From: Candidatus Omnitrophota bacterium
GTDB lineage: Bacteria > Omnitrophota > Gorgyraeia > JABMRG01 > JAFGKX01
Direction of reading: 5' to 3'
Length of the DNA: 64,000 bases
Assembly: GCA_043797125.1 (NCBI GenBank)
Contig: JAZDPX010000045.1
Coordinates: forward strand, 72,338-136,337
Shown: positions 46,816-56,958 of the stretch, piece by piece
Position numbering within the stretch: position 1 is the stretch's first letter
Layout: each line of letters begins with the position of its first letter
Notes under the pieces: generated by a model
Database searches by the model: none
Told to the model about the DNA's origin: nothing
The model's input: the letters and a program-made list of their open reading frames with translations, nothing else
Position numbers and translations under genes: made by a program

Positions 46816-46945
46816 ATGAAAAATTAAAAATTCAACCTGCCTGCCGGCAGGCAGGAATGTAAAATTGCAATTCAAAATTAAAAATTTGTACAATTTTGAA
46901 TTTTAAATTGTAATTTTGAATTTTTCATTTTACATTTTTAATTTA
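46812..46945. repeat. Inverted heptamer arrays (AAAATTC-like / GAATTTT-like) with an inserted 20-bp palindrome at 46836-46855
   Basis: aaatgaa aaattaa aaattcaa[cctgcctgccggcaggcagg]aatgtaaaattgc..., then ttttgaa ttttaaa ttgtaat tttgaat... Confidence 0.85.
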
Positions 46946-46968
46946 TACGTCTGCACACAGGAGGAGTT

Positions 46969-47166
46969 ATGCCGAAACTTAAGACGAGGAAATCTATAGC
47001 GAAGAGGTTTAAGATAACGAAAACAGGAAAGGTCAAGTGCTCAAAGGCCTTCAAAGGCCACCTGCTTGGGCGAAAGAGCAGGAAGCGCAAAAGGGCGCTT
47101 TCAAGAGGCTCGGTTTTGAATAAAACAGACGCAAGGAAGATAAAGGCGATGTTGCCTTACGGATAG
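46969..47166 (+). CDS. rpmI: 50S ribosomal protein L35
   Basis: MPKLKTRKSIAKRFKITKTGK. Confidence 0.97.
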   Translation: MPKLKTRKSIAKRFKITKTGKVKCSKAFKGHLLGRKSRKRKRALSRGSVLNKTDARKIKAMLPYG

Positions 47167-47182
47167 CGGATAGGAGCAAACA

Positions 47183-47542
47183 ATGGCAAAAGTAAAACAC
47201 GCAGTTGCAGCAAGAAGGCGCAGGAAAAAGGTATTTAAAAGAGCAAAAGGCTTTGTCGGCGGAAGGCGCAAGCTTTTACGCACAGCCAAGGAAACAATAA
47301 GGCGCGCAAAGGTCTACGCTTATAGGGACAGAAAAGTCAAAAAAAGAATGTTTAGAAGCCTCTGGATAGTGAGGATAAACGCAGCTTGCCGTGCGCACGG
47401 TATGAAATACTCGGAGTTTATCTCGGGGCTTAAAAAGGCAAATATTCTTTTGGATAGAAAGTCTTTGGCAGAGCTGGCGGTAAACAACAAAAGCGTATTT
47501 AATAAATTAGTAAGCACAGTAAAGGAAAATACTAAATCCTAA
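47183..47542 (+). CDS. rplT: 50S ribosomal protein L20
   Basis: [32 protein letters not shown]. Confidence 0.97.
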   Translation: MAKVKHAVAARRRRKKVFKRAKGFVGGRRKLLRTAKETIRRAKVYAYRDRKVKKRMFRSLWIVRINAACRAHGMKYSEFISGLKKANILLDRKSLAELAVNNKSVFNKLVSTVKENTKS

Positions 47543-47632
47543 ACACTAAACTCTAAACAAACATAAAACACAAAACCTAAAACCGCGGTTTAGAAAATTT
47601 GAGTTTTGGATTTGTTTATAATTTAGAGTTTA
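47528..47632. repeat. Inverted heptamer arrays (CTAAANN / TTTAGNN)
   Basis: aatacta aatccta aacacta aactcta...aaaacc gc ggtttag aaaatttg agttttg...atttag agttta; includes the rplT stop. Confidence 0.8.
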
Positions 47633-47645
47633 TAATCAATAAATT

Positions 47646-49049
47646 ATGAAAAAACTAAGCGCTTCTCAAATAGTATTGTTGAGTTTTTTGGCGGCTATTC
47701 TTTGCGGGGCAGGCCTTTTAATGCTGCCGGCCGCTTTGAAAGACGGCCAGAAAATTTCATTTATAGACAGCCTTTTTACATCTACCAGCGCCACTTGCGT
47801 CACAGGCCTTACCGTAAAGGATACAGGCACGTTTTTTTCCAATTTCGGCCAGGCAGTTATACTTTTATTTATACAATTAGGCGGGTTGGGCATAATGACA
47901 TTCTCGACTCTTTTTGCGGTTTTTCTGGGGCGCAAGATGACAATGTCGCAGAGCCTAAACACAAAAGATGCCTTGGGCGTCGACGGCATAGACGGCCTGA
48001 AGGAGCTAATTGTATATATTGTGCTCATAGCGTTTGGCATAGAGCTTATCGGCGCTGTCATATTATACCTTAGGCTGTCCGCAACCACGCAGCTTCCCTG
48101 TTTAAGCATGATAAAAAACGCCACATTTCACTCTGTTTCGGCATTCTGCAACGCGGGATTGTCTCTTTACCCGGACAACTTAACGTCATGGCGAAACGAC
48201 GCGATTCTCATGCTTACAATAATCGGCCTTATTATTATTGGGGGCCTCGGGTTTGTGGTGATACTTAATATGCCGAGGCTTAGATTCTATATACCGTTTT
48301 TTAGGGCGCGGAACCTAGCCCGCCAGGCGCAAAGCGGAATTAAAAACCCCCTTGTCCACAAGATAAACCTACAGACAAAAGTGGTGCTTTTGGTTACGGC
48401 TGTTTTATTATTAATCGGCACGGCAGCAGTGCTGCTTTTTGAGTATAATGGTACGCTGCAGGGCATGACATGGAAAGAGAAATTTTTAAGCGCGTTTTTT
48501 ACGGCTGTTACGCCGCGCACCGCGGGTTTTAATGTAATATCCACCGCGGGTCTGCAGGTGGCAACAAAGTTCTTAATTATAATTCTGATGTTCATCGGGG
48601 CTTCCCCGGGCTCCACCGGCGGCGGTATAAAAACAGTGACTCTGGCAGTGCTTATGACGGGTTTTTTCGCAATGCTTAAAAGCAGGGACAGGATATTTTT
48701 ATTTGGCAGGACAGTTACAAAGGACGCCTTCAGAAGGGCGGTGGCGGTTTTTGTATTGGCAGCAGGCCTGATAGCTGTCTCGACGCTGCTCTTGGCAATT
48801 ACAGAGAAGGCGTGCTCGGGGGCAAACGATTTTTTCTTAAATATGCTCTTTGAGACCACGTCAGCCTTTGGCACATGCGGGCTATCCGCAGATGTTACGC
48901 CGCAGCTAAGCGCGCTGGGAAAAATAATAATTATTATAACGATGTTTGTGGGCAGGGTAGGGCCCTTAACCGCAGCTTTGGCATTAGCAATGCGCCCGGA
49001 GAAAAAAATAGATTACTGTTATCCGGAAGAGAAAATAATGATTGGGTAA
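47646..49049 (+). CDS. ktrB: TrkH/KtrB potassium uptake membrane subunit
   Basis: FTSTSATCVTGL, SAFCNAG, PRTAGFN, GSTGGGIK, SAFGTCGLS, MFVGRVGP. Confidence 0.93.
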   Translation: MKKLSASQIVLLSFLAAILCGAGLLMLPAALKDGQKISFIDSLFTSTSATCVTGLTVKDTGTFFSNFGQAVILLFIQLGGLGIMTFSTLFAVFLGRKMTMSQSLNTKDALGVDGIDGLKELIVYIVLIAFGIELIGAVILYLRLSATTQLPCLSMIKNATFHSVSAFCNAGLSLYPDNLTSWRNDAILMLTIIGLIIIGGLGFVVILNMPRLRFYIPFFRARNLARQAQSGIKNPLVHKINLQTKVVLLVTAVLLLIGTAAVLLFEYNGTLQGMTWKEKFLSAFFTAVTPRTAGFNVISTAGLQVATKFLIIILMFIGASPGSTGGGIKTVTLAVLMTGFFAMLKSRDRIFLFGRTVTKDAFRRAVAVFVLAAGLIAVSTLLLAITEKACSGANDFFLNMLFETTSAFGTCGLSADVTPQLSALGKIIIIITMFVGRVGPLTAALALAMRPEKKIDYCYPEEKIMIG

Positions 49050-49127
49050 GCATGGGGCATGCCCCTCCAACGCTCCTGTTCGTCGCGTTGTCGGGGCAGT
49101 TTTAACTTCGTTAAAACTGGAGGCGCA

Positions 49128-49793
49128 ATGAGACAATTCGCTGTGATAGGGTTGGGCAGGTTTGGTTCAAGCGTGGCAAGGACATTGGCCCTAAAAGGGT
49201 GCCAGGTGCTTGCTGTTGACAGGGATGAAGACAAAATACAGGACATATCAGGTGTCGTGACGCAGGCAGTATGCCTTGACGCTACCGACGAGAAAGCGCT
49301 TAAGGCCGTAGGCGTGCAGCAGGTCGATATAGCCATAGTAAGCGTAGGCGACGATATTGAGGCAAGCATATTAATAGCATTGCTGCTGAAAGAAATGGGC
49401 ATAAAAGAAGTTATTGCAAAAGCAGTTACGCCACAGCAGGGCAAGGTTCTGGAAAAGATAGGCGTTGAAAAAATAATATTTGCCGAAAGAGACATGGGCG
49501 AGCGCCTGGCAAACGCGCTTACCTCCCCGAAAGTAACAGATTATCTTCAGCTGTCAGGCAATTGCGGCATAATAGAAATAACCCCGCCAAAAGAGTTTCT
49601 TGGCAAGACCCTTAAGCAGTTAAGCGTAAGGACGCAGTACAAGCTAAACATCGTGGCAATAAAGCGCAAAGACGAACAAGGCAAAGACGCGATTAATGTT
49701 GTTCCGCTGGCGGAAGAGAAAATCCGCGAAGGGGACATACTTTTAGTGGCCGGCGCAAACGAGGACATCGAAAAGTTAAAAGAAAAAGAATAA
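49128..49793 (+). CDS. ktrA: TrkA/KtrA potassium uptake NAD-binding subunit
   Basis: MRQFAVIGLGRFGSSVA; GGAGG RBS before ATG 49128. Confidence 0.93.
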   Translation: MRQFAVIGLGRFGSSVARTLALKGCQVLAVDRDEDKIQDISGVVTQAVCLDATDEKALKAVGVQQVDIAIVSVGDDIEASILIALLLKEMGIKEVIAKAVTPQQGKVLEKIGVEKIIFAERDMGERLANALTSPKVTDYLQLSGNCGIIEITPPKEFLGKTLKQLSVRTQYKLNIVAIKRKDEQGKDAINVVPLAEEKIREGDILLVAGANEDIEKLKEKE

Positions 49794-49802
49794 AAAGCCT
49801 GC

Positions 49803-50816
49803 ATGGAAAAGCAATTAAAAGAATTAAAAGAACAGGCGATTTCTGAAATAGAAAATGCCGCAGAGCCCGACGCGCTCGAACAAGTAAGGGTTAAATACCT
49901 AGGCAGAAAAGGCGAAATAGCCAAAATAACCAGCCAGATTCCGTCTATGCCGGAAGACCAAAAGCCGCTTATCGGTAAACTGGCAAACGAAATCAAAAAC
50001 ACCCTACTGGAAACAATCTCCAACAGAAAACAAACGCTTTCCCAACAAAGCTCCCAGCCATCCGGCGAAAAGATAGACCTCACTATGCCAGGTTATAATT
50101 TTAAAATAGGCCGCGCGCACCCGATAACCCAGACGCTCAATCAAATCTGCAGGGTGTTTAGAAATATGGGTTTTGCAGTTGTAGAAGGCCCGGAGATAGA
50201 GACAGAGCATAACAATTTCGAGGCCTTAAATATCCCGACGGATCACCCGTCGAGAGATGCCTTCGACACGTTTTATATTGAAAATGATATGCTTCTGCGA
50301 AGCCACACCTCGCCGGTGCAAGTAAGGTTCATGCAGGCGCACAAACCGCCTTTCGCGATTGTTGTCCCGGGCAAGGTTTACAGGCCTGACGCAGTTGACG
50401 CGTCGCATAGTTTTATGTTTTCGCAGGTAGAAGGGCTTATGGTAGATACCGGCGTGAACTTTTCGCACTTAAAAGGAGTGTTGCTTGAATTTGCAAAGCA
50501 GATTTTTGGCGAACAGATAAAGCTGCGTTTTAGGCCGCACTTTTTCCCGTTTACAGAACCGAGCGCCGAGGTGGATGTATCGTGCATTATCTGCAAAGGC
50601 GATGGCTGCAGCGTGTGTTCTAAAAAAGGCTGGCTTGAGATATTGGGGGCCGGCATGGTAGACCCTGCGGTTTTTGCGGTAGTGGGCATAGACAAGGAAA
50701 AATACACCGGATTTGCATTTGGCATGGGAGTCGAAAGAATCGCCATGCTTAAATACGGGATTAATGATATACGGTTGTTTTACGAGAATGATGTGAGATT
50801 CTTAGAGCAGTTTTAG
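49803..50816 (+). CDS. pheS: Phenylalanine-tRNA ligase alpha subunit
   Basis: HPSRDAFDTFY, LLRSHTSPVQ, FPFTEPS, GFAFGMGVER. Confidence 0.98.
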   Translation: MEKQLKELKEQAISEIENAAEPDALEQVRVKYLGRKGEIAKITSQIPSMPEDQKPLIGKLANEIKNTLLETISNRKQTLSQQSSQPSGEKIDLTMPGYNFKIGRAHPITQTLNQICRVFRNMGFAVVEGPEIETEHNNFEALNIPTDHPSRDAFDTFYIENDMLLRSHTSPVQVRFMQAHKPPFAIVVPGKVYRPDAVDASHSFMFSQVEGLMVDTGVNFSHLKGVLLEFAKQIFGEQIKLRFRPHFFPFTEPSAEVDVSCIICKGDGCSVCSKKGWLEILGAGMVDPAVFAVVGIDKEKYTGFAFGMGVERIAMLKYGINDIRLFYENDVRFLEQF

Positions 50817-50818
50817 CC

Positions 50819-52864
50819 ATGAAAATATCATACGAGTGGATAAGAGAATATGCCCCGACAAAAGTGCGGGCAGCAAACCTTGCGCAGATGCTTACAATGT
50901 GCGGGCAGGAAGTTACCGCGATAGAGCAAAAGGGCGATGATTTTATTTTTGACATAGAAGTTACCTCAAACCGGCCTGACTGCCTATGCCATATCGGCAT
51001 TGCAAGAGAAGTAGCTGCGATAACAGGCAAGAAACTAAAACTTCCTGCCTATAACATAAAATCTTGCTTTGGCAAAAAGATACCTAAGCCGCAAGTTATT
51101 GTAAAAGACGCGAACGCCTGCCCGCGCTACACAGCGCGCCTTATTGCGGGAGTTGAAGTGGCGCCTTCTCCGAAGTGGCTTATTAAAAAAATAGAATCCA
51201 TTGGGCTTCGCCCGGTAAACAATATAGTAGATATTACGAATTTTATTCTGTTTGAGACAGGCCACCCCCTGCACGCATTTGATTATGATAAACTCGGCGG
51301 CAAAAGCGTGATAGTCAGGATGGCAAAGGACGGCGAAGAGATAACAACAATCGATAATGTAAAAAGGAAATTAAAACCCCACACGCTGGTAATAGCGGAT
51401 TTGCAAAGGCCCGTGGCAATAGCAGGTGTTATGGGCGGCGCAAACACCGAAATCAGCCAGAATACGAAAAATATTTTGCTTGAGTCCGCTTATTTTGATC
51501 CGGTATCTATACGACGGACATCACGCCAGCTTGGCTTAAGCACAGATTCAAGCTATAGGTTTGAACGCGGCGTGGATCTTGTTAATGTGGCGCAGGCGTC
51601 TGACAGAGCGGCGTCCATGATCTGCGCTATAGCTAAAGGCAAAACACACAAAACACCGGTTGATATCGGCAAAAAAACTTTAAAGGCACCTGTTATAAAT
51701 TTAAGGCCGCAGAGGGTTAATTCGGTGTTAGGCGCAAAAATATCAAACCAGGCTATAAAGAAAAGTTTAGCGGCCGTCGGGTTTAAAGTATCCGACGCAA
51801 AATCCGCGATGAAGGTTATCGCTCCGTCTTTTAGAATAGCCGACGTAAAAAGAGAAGAAGATTTAATAGAGGAAATAGCCAGAATCTGGGGCTACGAATT
51901 CATACCGGTTGTATTGCCCAGGGCAATTATAACGGATGAAGAGTCGGCATTTAAAAGAAAAAAAGGCATAATTAGTTCTACGCAAGAGACGCTTGCGGCC
52001 CTTGGATTTACAGAGATATTGACATACAGCCTGATAAGCAAGGATGACATAGGCAAAACAGCCATACCGCAGATAAATGTTATACCTATACAAAATCCGC
52101 TAAGCGACCAGCAGGCTGTTATGCGAAACAGCCTGCTACCGGGCATGCTGAAGGCAATAGCTTATAATATTAACAGGGGCAATTCAAACTTAAGCCTGTT
52201 TGAATTTTCAAATATATATTTTAGGCACGCAGAAAATTTAAGCGAGCAGTTAAGCCTTATCATGGGTGCCTGCGGCGAGACAGAAGGCGACTGGAAAAGG
52301 CAAAGGCAAGAAAGAGACCTTTTTTATTTAAGAGGCGTATTAAAGACGCTCTTCGAAACAATGGCAGTCAATATTTATTTTGAGGAAACCCAGCACCCTA
52401 GCTTTGAGCTGGGCAAGACCCTTGCGATTATGAGCGGCAGCGAAATGCTTGGCACCGTAGGCGCAATAAGCCCGCAGGTCTTGGCAGCCATGGATATAAA
52501 ACAAAAAGTTTTTTGCGCGGAGATAAACACGCAAATTTTATTTAAAAACGCGCGCCTAGAAAAATATTATAAGCCTATAATTAAATTCCCCGGCGCGCAG
52601 AGAGATATTTCTGCATGTGTTGATAATGGAATCGCTTTTGAAGATATTTATAGGGCAGTTAAGCAGGCGGGGGGCCACATTATTAAAGATATAGAGCTTG
52701 TTGAGGAATACAAGGGCAAGCAGATTCAAGGCAGCCAGAGGGCGCTTTTGTTAAGAATAGCCTATCAGGCAAAAGAACGCACTCTTACGGAGCAGGAGAT
52801 AGAGCGGGCGCATAACGGAATCAGGGAGAAACTTAAAAAAGAATTTAACGCGCAATTACGTTAA
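50819..52864 (+). CDS. pheT: Phenylalanine-tRNA ligase beta subunit (short form lacking the B2 OB-fold)
   Basis: NRPDCL..IGIARE, NNIVDITN, GHPLHAFD, SSYRFERGVD, DLIEEIARIWGY. Confidence 0.97.
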   Translation: MKISYEWIREYAPTKVRAANLAQMLTMCGQEVTAIEQKGDDFIFDIEVTSNRPDCLCHIGIAREVAAITGKKLKLPAYNIKSCFGKKIPKPQVIVKDANACPRYTARLIAGVEVAPSPKWLIKKIESIGLRPVNNIVDITNFILFETGHPLHAFDYDKLGGKSVIVRMAKDGEEITTIDNVKRKLKPHTLVIADLQRPVAIAGVMGGANTEISQNTKNILLESAYFDPVSIRRTSRQLGLSTDSSYRFERGVDLVNVAQASDRAASMICAIAKGKTHKTPVDIGKKTLKAPVINLRPQRVNSVLGAKISNQAIKKSLAAVGFKVSDAKSAMKVIAPSFRIADVKREEDLIEEIARIWGYEFIPVVLPRAIITDEESAFKRKKGIISSTQETLAALGFTEILTYSLISKDDIGKTAIPQINVIPIQNPLSDQQAVMRNSLLPGMLKAIAYNINRGNSNLSLFEFSNIYFRHAENLSEQLSLIMGACGETEGDWKRQRQERDLFYLRGVLKTLFETMAVNIYFEETQHPSFELGKTLAIMSGSEMLGTVGAISPQVLAAMDIKQKVFCAEINTQILFKNARLEKYYKPIIKFPGAQRDISACVDNGIAFEDIYRAVKQAGGHIIKDIELVEEYKGKQIQGSQRALLLRIAYQAKERTLTEQEIERAHNGIREKLKKEFNAQLR

Positions 52865-52875
52865 TAATTTAGCGT

Positions 52876-52897
52876 AGGAGCCGCCTCTGGCGGCGAA
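52876..52897 (+). repeat. GTAG-type REP palindrome
   Basis: gtaggagccgcctctggcggcg between pheT and hldD. Confidence 0.6.
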
Positions 52898-52904
52898 CAA
52901 AATC

Positions 52905-53888
52905 ATGATAATCATTACAGGAGCGGCAGGATTCATAGGAAGCGCGGTTTGCTGGGGCCTTAATAAGAGGGGCAGGCGCAGCATAGTTGCTGTAGATGAG
53001 GCAAACCTGCCGGAAGATAAAAAGAAAAATCTAAAACCCCTGCAAATCGCAGAATACATAGACAAGGACAAGTTTATCAAGCAGATTAAAAGCGATTCCC
53101 TACAATTTGCTGCCGAGGCCATAATACACCTGGGGGCATGTTCGGATACTACGGAAACAGACGAGAAATTTTTAACTGAAAATAACTTTGAATACACAAA
53201 GGCCTTGTGCGAATATTGCGTAAAAAATAACACGCGCTTTATCTACGCATCAAGCGCGGCCACTTACGGCGACGGCTCGCAGGGCTATTGCGACGATGAA
53301 AACACAATTGACGCGCTTAAGCCGTTAAACTTTTACGCAGCATCAAAACAGAAGTTCGATCTGTGGGCGAGAGACAACAAGTTACTCGGCAGGATAGCCG
53401 GCTTAAAATATTTTAACGTATTCGGCCCCAACGAATACCACAAGGCCGACATGCGAAGCATTGTCTTAAAAGGCTATGAGCAGATAAAAACAACAGGTAA
53501 AATGCATTTGTTTAAATCGTACAAGCAGGGATTTGCGGACGGAGAGCAAAGAAGAGATTTCTTATACATAAAAGACGCTGTTAGCATGACTTTGTTTTTT
53601 TTAGACGATCCCGGCACATGCGGCATTTTTAATCTGGGTACAGGCACGGCAACCACCTACCACAACATTACAAAGGCTATATTCAAAGCGCTTAATAAGC
53701 CGCCTGCCATAGAATACATCGAGATGCCGGAGACGCTACAGCCGCGCTATCAGTATTTTACGCAGGCCGATATATCAAAACTTCGCGGCGCAGGATACGA
53801 CAAGCCGGTAACGCCAATCGAAGAGGCGATACGGGAATATGTTCAAGACTACCTTGTTAGCGGTGCCCGCCTTAGCAACGCTTTATAA
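52905..53888 (+). CDS. hldD: ADP-L-glycero-D-manno-heptose 6-epimerase
   Basis: IITGAAGFIGS, HLGACSDTTE, YASSAATYG, GLKYFNVFGPNEYHK, YQYFTQAD. Confidence 0.96.
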   Translation: MIIITGAAGFIGSAVCWGLNKRGRRSIVAVDEANLPEDKKKNLKPLQIAEYIDKDKFIKQIKSDSLQFAAEAIIHLGACSDTTETDEKFLTENNFEYTKALCEYCVKNNTRFIYASSAATYGDGSQGYCDDENTIDALKPLNFYAASKQKFDLWARDNKLLGRIAGLKYFNVFGPNEYHKADMRSIVLKGYEQIKTTGKMHLFKSYKQGFADGEQRRDFLYIKDAVSMTLFFLDDPGTCGIFNLGTGTATTYHNITKAIFKALNKPPAIEYIEMPETLQPRYQYFTQADISKLRGAGYDKPVTPIEEAIREYVQDYLVSGARLSNAL

Positions 53889-53908
53889 CTAAAGGCTACC
53901 CCAGCGTT

Positions 53909-54080
53909 AATGACAAATAACAAAATCCCTGCCTGCCGGCAGGCAGGCAAAATCCAAATGAAATCCAAATGTCACCTGCCTGGCGGCAGGCAAGCATGAC
54001 AAACTTCAAAACAACAATTTTGTTATTTGATATTTGTAATTTGTCATTCATTTGTCATTTGTGCTTTGGCATTTGTCATT
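53909..54080. repeat. Inverted heptamer arrays (AATGACA / TTGTCAT) with two inserted CCTGCC..GGCAGG palindromes (53928-53947, 53975-53994)
   Basis: aatgaca aataaca aaatc[pal]caaaatccaaatg..., then ttgttat ttgatat ttgtaat ttgtcat ... ttggcat ttgtcat. Confidence 0.85.
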
Positions 54081-54149
54081 AACTTATAAAGCAAAATATT
54101 TTTATTACTTTTCACTTGCGCTTACCAGGCCCCGGGATTATAATAAAGA

Positions 54150-54334
54150 TGTCCCTGCTGTGTGCGTGTTAAGACTGCGCGAAGTAAGAACCAACAAATT
54201 TATGCTGGGAGCCTGGTTTTAGATGTGGAGCGGCATGCTCTTTCAACAAGGAGAAACCACGAAGCATTTAACAGGGCACCCACCTAGTAAGAGGGTTCTG
54301 ATTACTTTGCAGCCTCACGCCATAAGCGGGGATT
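54150..54334 (+). ncRNA. ssrS: 6S RNA (SsrS)
   Basis: About 185 nt; end-pairing GTCCCTGCT/AGCGGGGAT; internal GAACC/GGTTC, GGGAGC and CACCCACC motifs typical of 6S; promoter TTGCGC(54116)-17-TATAAT(54139); upstream of rarA and near ygfA. Confidence 0.72.
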
Positions 54335-54427
54335 TTTAATGAGTACCCCCTGTTTTCTTTGTTTTCACAAAGAAAACAAAGAAGGGGGTACGAATTAATC
54401 CCGAGCGAAGCGAGGGATCTTATCAAT

Positions 54428-55780
54428 ATGGATTTATTCCAAGCAACCACTCAAATTACAAGCCGCCTTCCTCTAGCTGCAAGAATGCGCCCGGCCACGC
54501 TAAAAGAATTTGTAGGCCAGGAGCATATTGCCGCAGAGGGCAAACTTCTGTCCAGGGCAATACAGGCAGATAAAATAACATCACTAATACTCTACGGCCC
54601 GCCCGGCGTAGGCAAAAACTGCCTTGCTATCATCATCAGCAACATCACCAAGGCGCATTTCGATGAGGTAAACGCCGTTACGTCTAATGTCGCCGAACTT
54701 CGCAACATTATTGAAGCGGCTAAAAACCGCCTAAAGACTACAGGCAAAAGGACAATCCTTTTTATCGACGAGATACACCGCTTTAACAAGGCGCAGCAGG
54801 ACGTGCTTATGCCTTATACGGAAAAAGGCGAAGTGATTTTAATAGGCGCGACAACGCATAACCCGTTTTTTTCAATAATAGCGCCGCTTATCTCCCGCTC
54901 CCTGGTCTTTGAATTAAAACCGCTTTCGCAGGACAATATTAAGGCCATTTTACAAAGGGCTGTTGATGACAAAGAAAACGGGCTCGGTAGCCATAAAATA
55001 AAAATAGAAAAAGAGGCGCTTGAGTTTCTGGCGAAAATCTGCGACGGAGATGCCCGGCGGGCGCTAAACGCGCTGGAGCTCGGGGGCCTGACGACAAAAC
55101 CCGCCAAAGACGGGTTTATTAACTACACGCTAAAAATCGCGCAAGAGTGCACGCAGAAAAAGGCGGTTGTATATGATAAGGATGAAGACAGCCATTACGA
55201 TACCATATCCGCTTTTATAAAATCAATGCGCGGCTCCGACCCTGACGCGGCGCTATACTGGCTCGCGAAGATGTTGTTTGCCGGCGAGGATCCGAGATTT
55301 ATCGCAAGAAGAATCGTAATATGCGCGGCCGAAGACGTAGGCAACGCTGACCCGCAGGCGCTGGTTTTGGCAAACGCCGCAATGCAGATATCGGAATTCG
55401 TCGGAATGCCGGAGGCGCGTATTCCGTTAGCGCAGGCAACTGTTTATATCGCCTGCGCGCCCAAATCAAACGCCGCATATATGGGAATAGAAAAAGCCCT
55501 TGCTGATGTTGAAAAAGGAAGGACCTTTGAAGTGCCTACGCATTTAAAAGACGCCAGCTATTACGGGGCAGAAAGATTGGGGCATGGCGAAGGATATAAA
55601 TACGCGCATTCTTACAAAGATCATTATGTTAAGCAGGAATATATTCCTAAAAAACAGATTTATTATGAGCCGACAGATATCGGTTACGAAAAAAAGATAA
55701 GGGAATATCTTGAAGGACTCAAGGCAGTGTCATTCCCGCGGAAGCGGGAATCCATAAACGATAGTTATCCACAACCGTAG
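54428..55780 (+). CDS. rarA: Replication-associated recombination protein A (RarA/MgsA)
   Basis: PLAARMRP, LYGPPGVGK, FIDEIHRFNKAQQD, HYDTISAFIKSMRGSDPDAA; ATG 54428 preferred. Confidence 0.97.
   Translation: MDLFQATTQITSRLPLAARMRPATLKEFVGQEHIAAEGKLLSRAIQADKITSLILYGPPGVGKNCLAIIISNITKAHFDEVNAVTSNVAELRNIIEAAKNRLKTTGKRTILFIDEIHRFNKAQQDVLMPYTEKGEVILIGATTHNPFFSIIAPLISRSLVFELKPLSQDNIKAILQRAVDDKENGLGSHKIKIEKEALEFLAKICDGDARRALNALELGGLTTKPAKDGFINYTLKIAQECTQKKAVVYDKDEDSHYDTISAFIKSMRGSDPDAALYWLAKMLFAGEDPRFIARRIVICAAEDVGNADPQALVLANAAMQISEFVGMPEARIPLAQATVYIACAPKSNAAYMGIEKALADVEKGRTFEVPTHLKDASYYGAERLGHGEGYKYAHSYKDHYVKQEYIPKKQIYYEPTDIGYEKKIREYLEGLKAVSFPRKRESINDSYPQP
55729..55754 (+). repeat. GTCATTCCC-N8-GGGAATCC palindrome (dRS3/CGTC-REP-like)
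   Basis: gtcattcccgcggaagcgggaatcca inside the rarA 3' end; related atcccgagcgaagcgagggatct at about 54398-54420. Confidence 0.75.
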
Positions 55781-55804
55781 CGCAGGCTTAAGCCTGCGCT
55801 ACGG
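55765..55804 (+). repeat. DnaA box fused to a 30-bp GTAG palindrome (copy 1)
   Basis: TTATCCACA-a-ccgtagcgcaggcttaagcctgcgctacgg. Confidence 0.9.
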
Positions 55805-55834
55805 GTACCTAAATAGCGATAGGAGGAAACGCGC

Positions 55835-56050
55835 ATGAAAACTTTCATAGTCGTATTAATAGCAGCTGTAATAACAGCCGCCCTTTTCTTTAGCGTAAGC
55901 TCGTTAAAGGCAGAGCAAGGCGAACCCACGATAAAAGATCTGGCGAAACAGCTTGAGCAAGCGCTGCAGAATCAAGCAGACATTATTGCGAAGCTTGGCG
56001 AGATAAAAGAAGAGCTTAAGATTATCAAGGTAAGGTCAACCCTTCGCTAG
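55835..56050 (+). CDS. Small hypothetical protein with signal/TM segment and coiled coil
   Basis: AGGAGG RBS; hydrophobic N-terminus; heptad-like C-terminus. Confidence 0.75.
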   Translation: MKTFIVVLIAAVITAALFFSVSSLKAEQGEPTIKDLAKQLEQALQNQADIIAKLGEIKEELKIIKVRSTLR

Positions 56051-56060
56051 AAACTCCATT

Positions 56061-56195
56061 AAGAGGCCTCGGGACCGGTTTAGGGCGGGTCCTGTCTTGC
56101 CGAGCCGAAGCCCTTACCGCGCGCAAGCAAAGCTGAGCACGGTGAGGTGGCTCGGCAAGACACCCGCCTTTAATTATGGCCACCCCTCGGCCTGA
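56061..56195. ncRNA. Candidate structured RNA (long rod-like hairpin), family unknown
   Basis: Nested stems aggcc/ggcct, ggcgggt/acccgcc, tgtcttgccgagcc/ggctcggcaagaca, ccttaccg/cggtgagg. Confidence 0.4.
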
Positions 56196-56354
56196 AATTT
56201 CGTAAAACAAAAAAAATTCAAAGAGATTGCTGAAATATTGTCAATGACGTAAAAATGGAATATTTCAGCAATCTCTCCTTTTACCATTGACAATCTAGTA
56301 TAAGCTATATATTATACAACAAGGGGCAATTTCCCTTGACCCTAATAATATGAT

Positions 56355-56930
56355 ATGGTAAAATCTAATACTGCAATTTTGGAAAAGGTTAAAATCAGAA
56401 AGGAGATTTTAGCTAAACTGCGCGCTCAGAGCGCTTGCGACAGGCAGCGTAAAAGCGCACAGATTAAGGATAAGCTGTTTGCAGACAACGTTTTTAAATC
56501 GTGCGCCTGCGTCATGTTTTACGTCGCTAAAAATTATGAGGTTGATACGCAAGGCATGATAAAAGAGGCGCTTAAATTAGGTAAAAGGGTAGTAGTGCCA
56601 GTGACATCCGTTGGAGAAAAAAGGATAATTCCTTCTGAAATAAAAGACCCGGAAACAGAATTAGAAATCGGGCCGTTTGGAATAAAACAGCCAAAGTCAA
56701 AATATATGAGACCTGTGCCTGTAGAAGATATAAATATGGTGATAACCCCGGCAGTTGTATTTGATGATTTAGGCAACCGTATCGGACACGGCGCGGGCTA
56801 TTACGATAGCTTTTTAAAGACGCTACCACCGCCCACCCTTAGCGTAGGCCTGGCGTTTGATTTCCAAATTCTCAAGAAGGTCCCCTCCACCCCCTCGGAT
56901 GTTCCTGTCAAAAAGATAATCTTCGCATAA
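56355..56930 (+). CDS. ygfA: 5-formyltetrahydrofolate cyclo-ligase
   Basis: [41 protein letters not shown]. Confidence 0.95.
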   Translation: MVKSNTAILEKVKIRKEILAKLRAQSACDRQRKSAQIKDKLFADNVFKSCACVMFYVAKNYEVDTQGMIKEALKLGKRVVVPVTSVGEKRIIPSEIKDPETELEIGPFGIKQPKSKYMRPVPVEDINMVITPAVVFDDLGNRIGHGAGYYDSFLKTLPPPTLSVGLAFDFQILKKVPSTPSDVPVKKIIFA

Positions 56931-56958
56931 ATACAACAACACAACGGAGGTAAAAGCC

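Noticed and set aside
50819-52864. Short PheT and short ThrS as novelties
   Set aside because: Loss of the PheT B2 domain and the ThrS TGS domain is known in many bacteria.
56061-56195. SRP RNA (ffs)
   Set aside because: The conserved domain IV motif (CAGG..GNRA..AGCA) was not found on either strand by eye.
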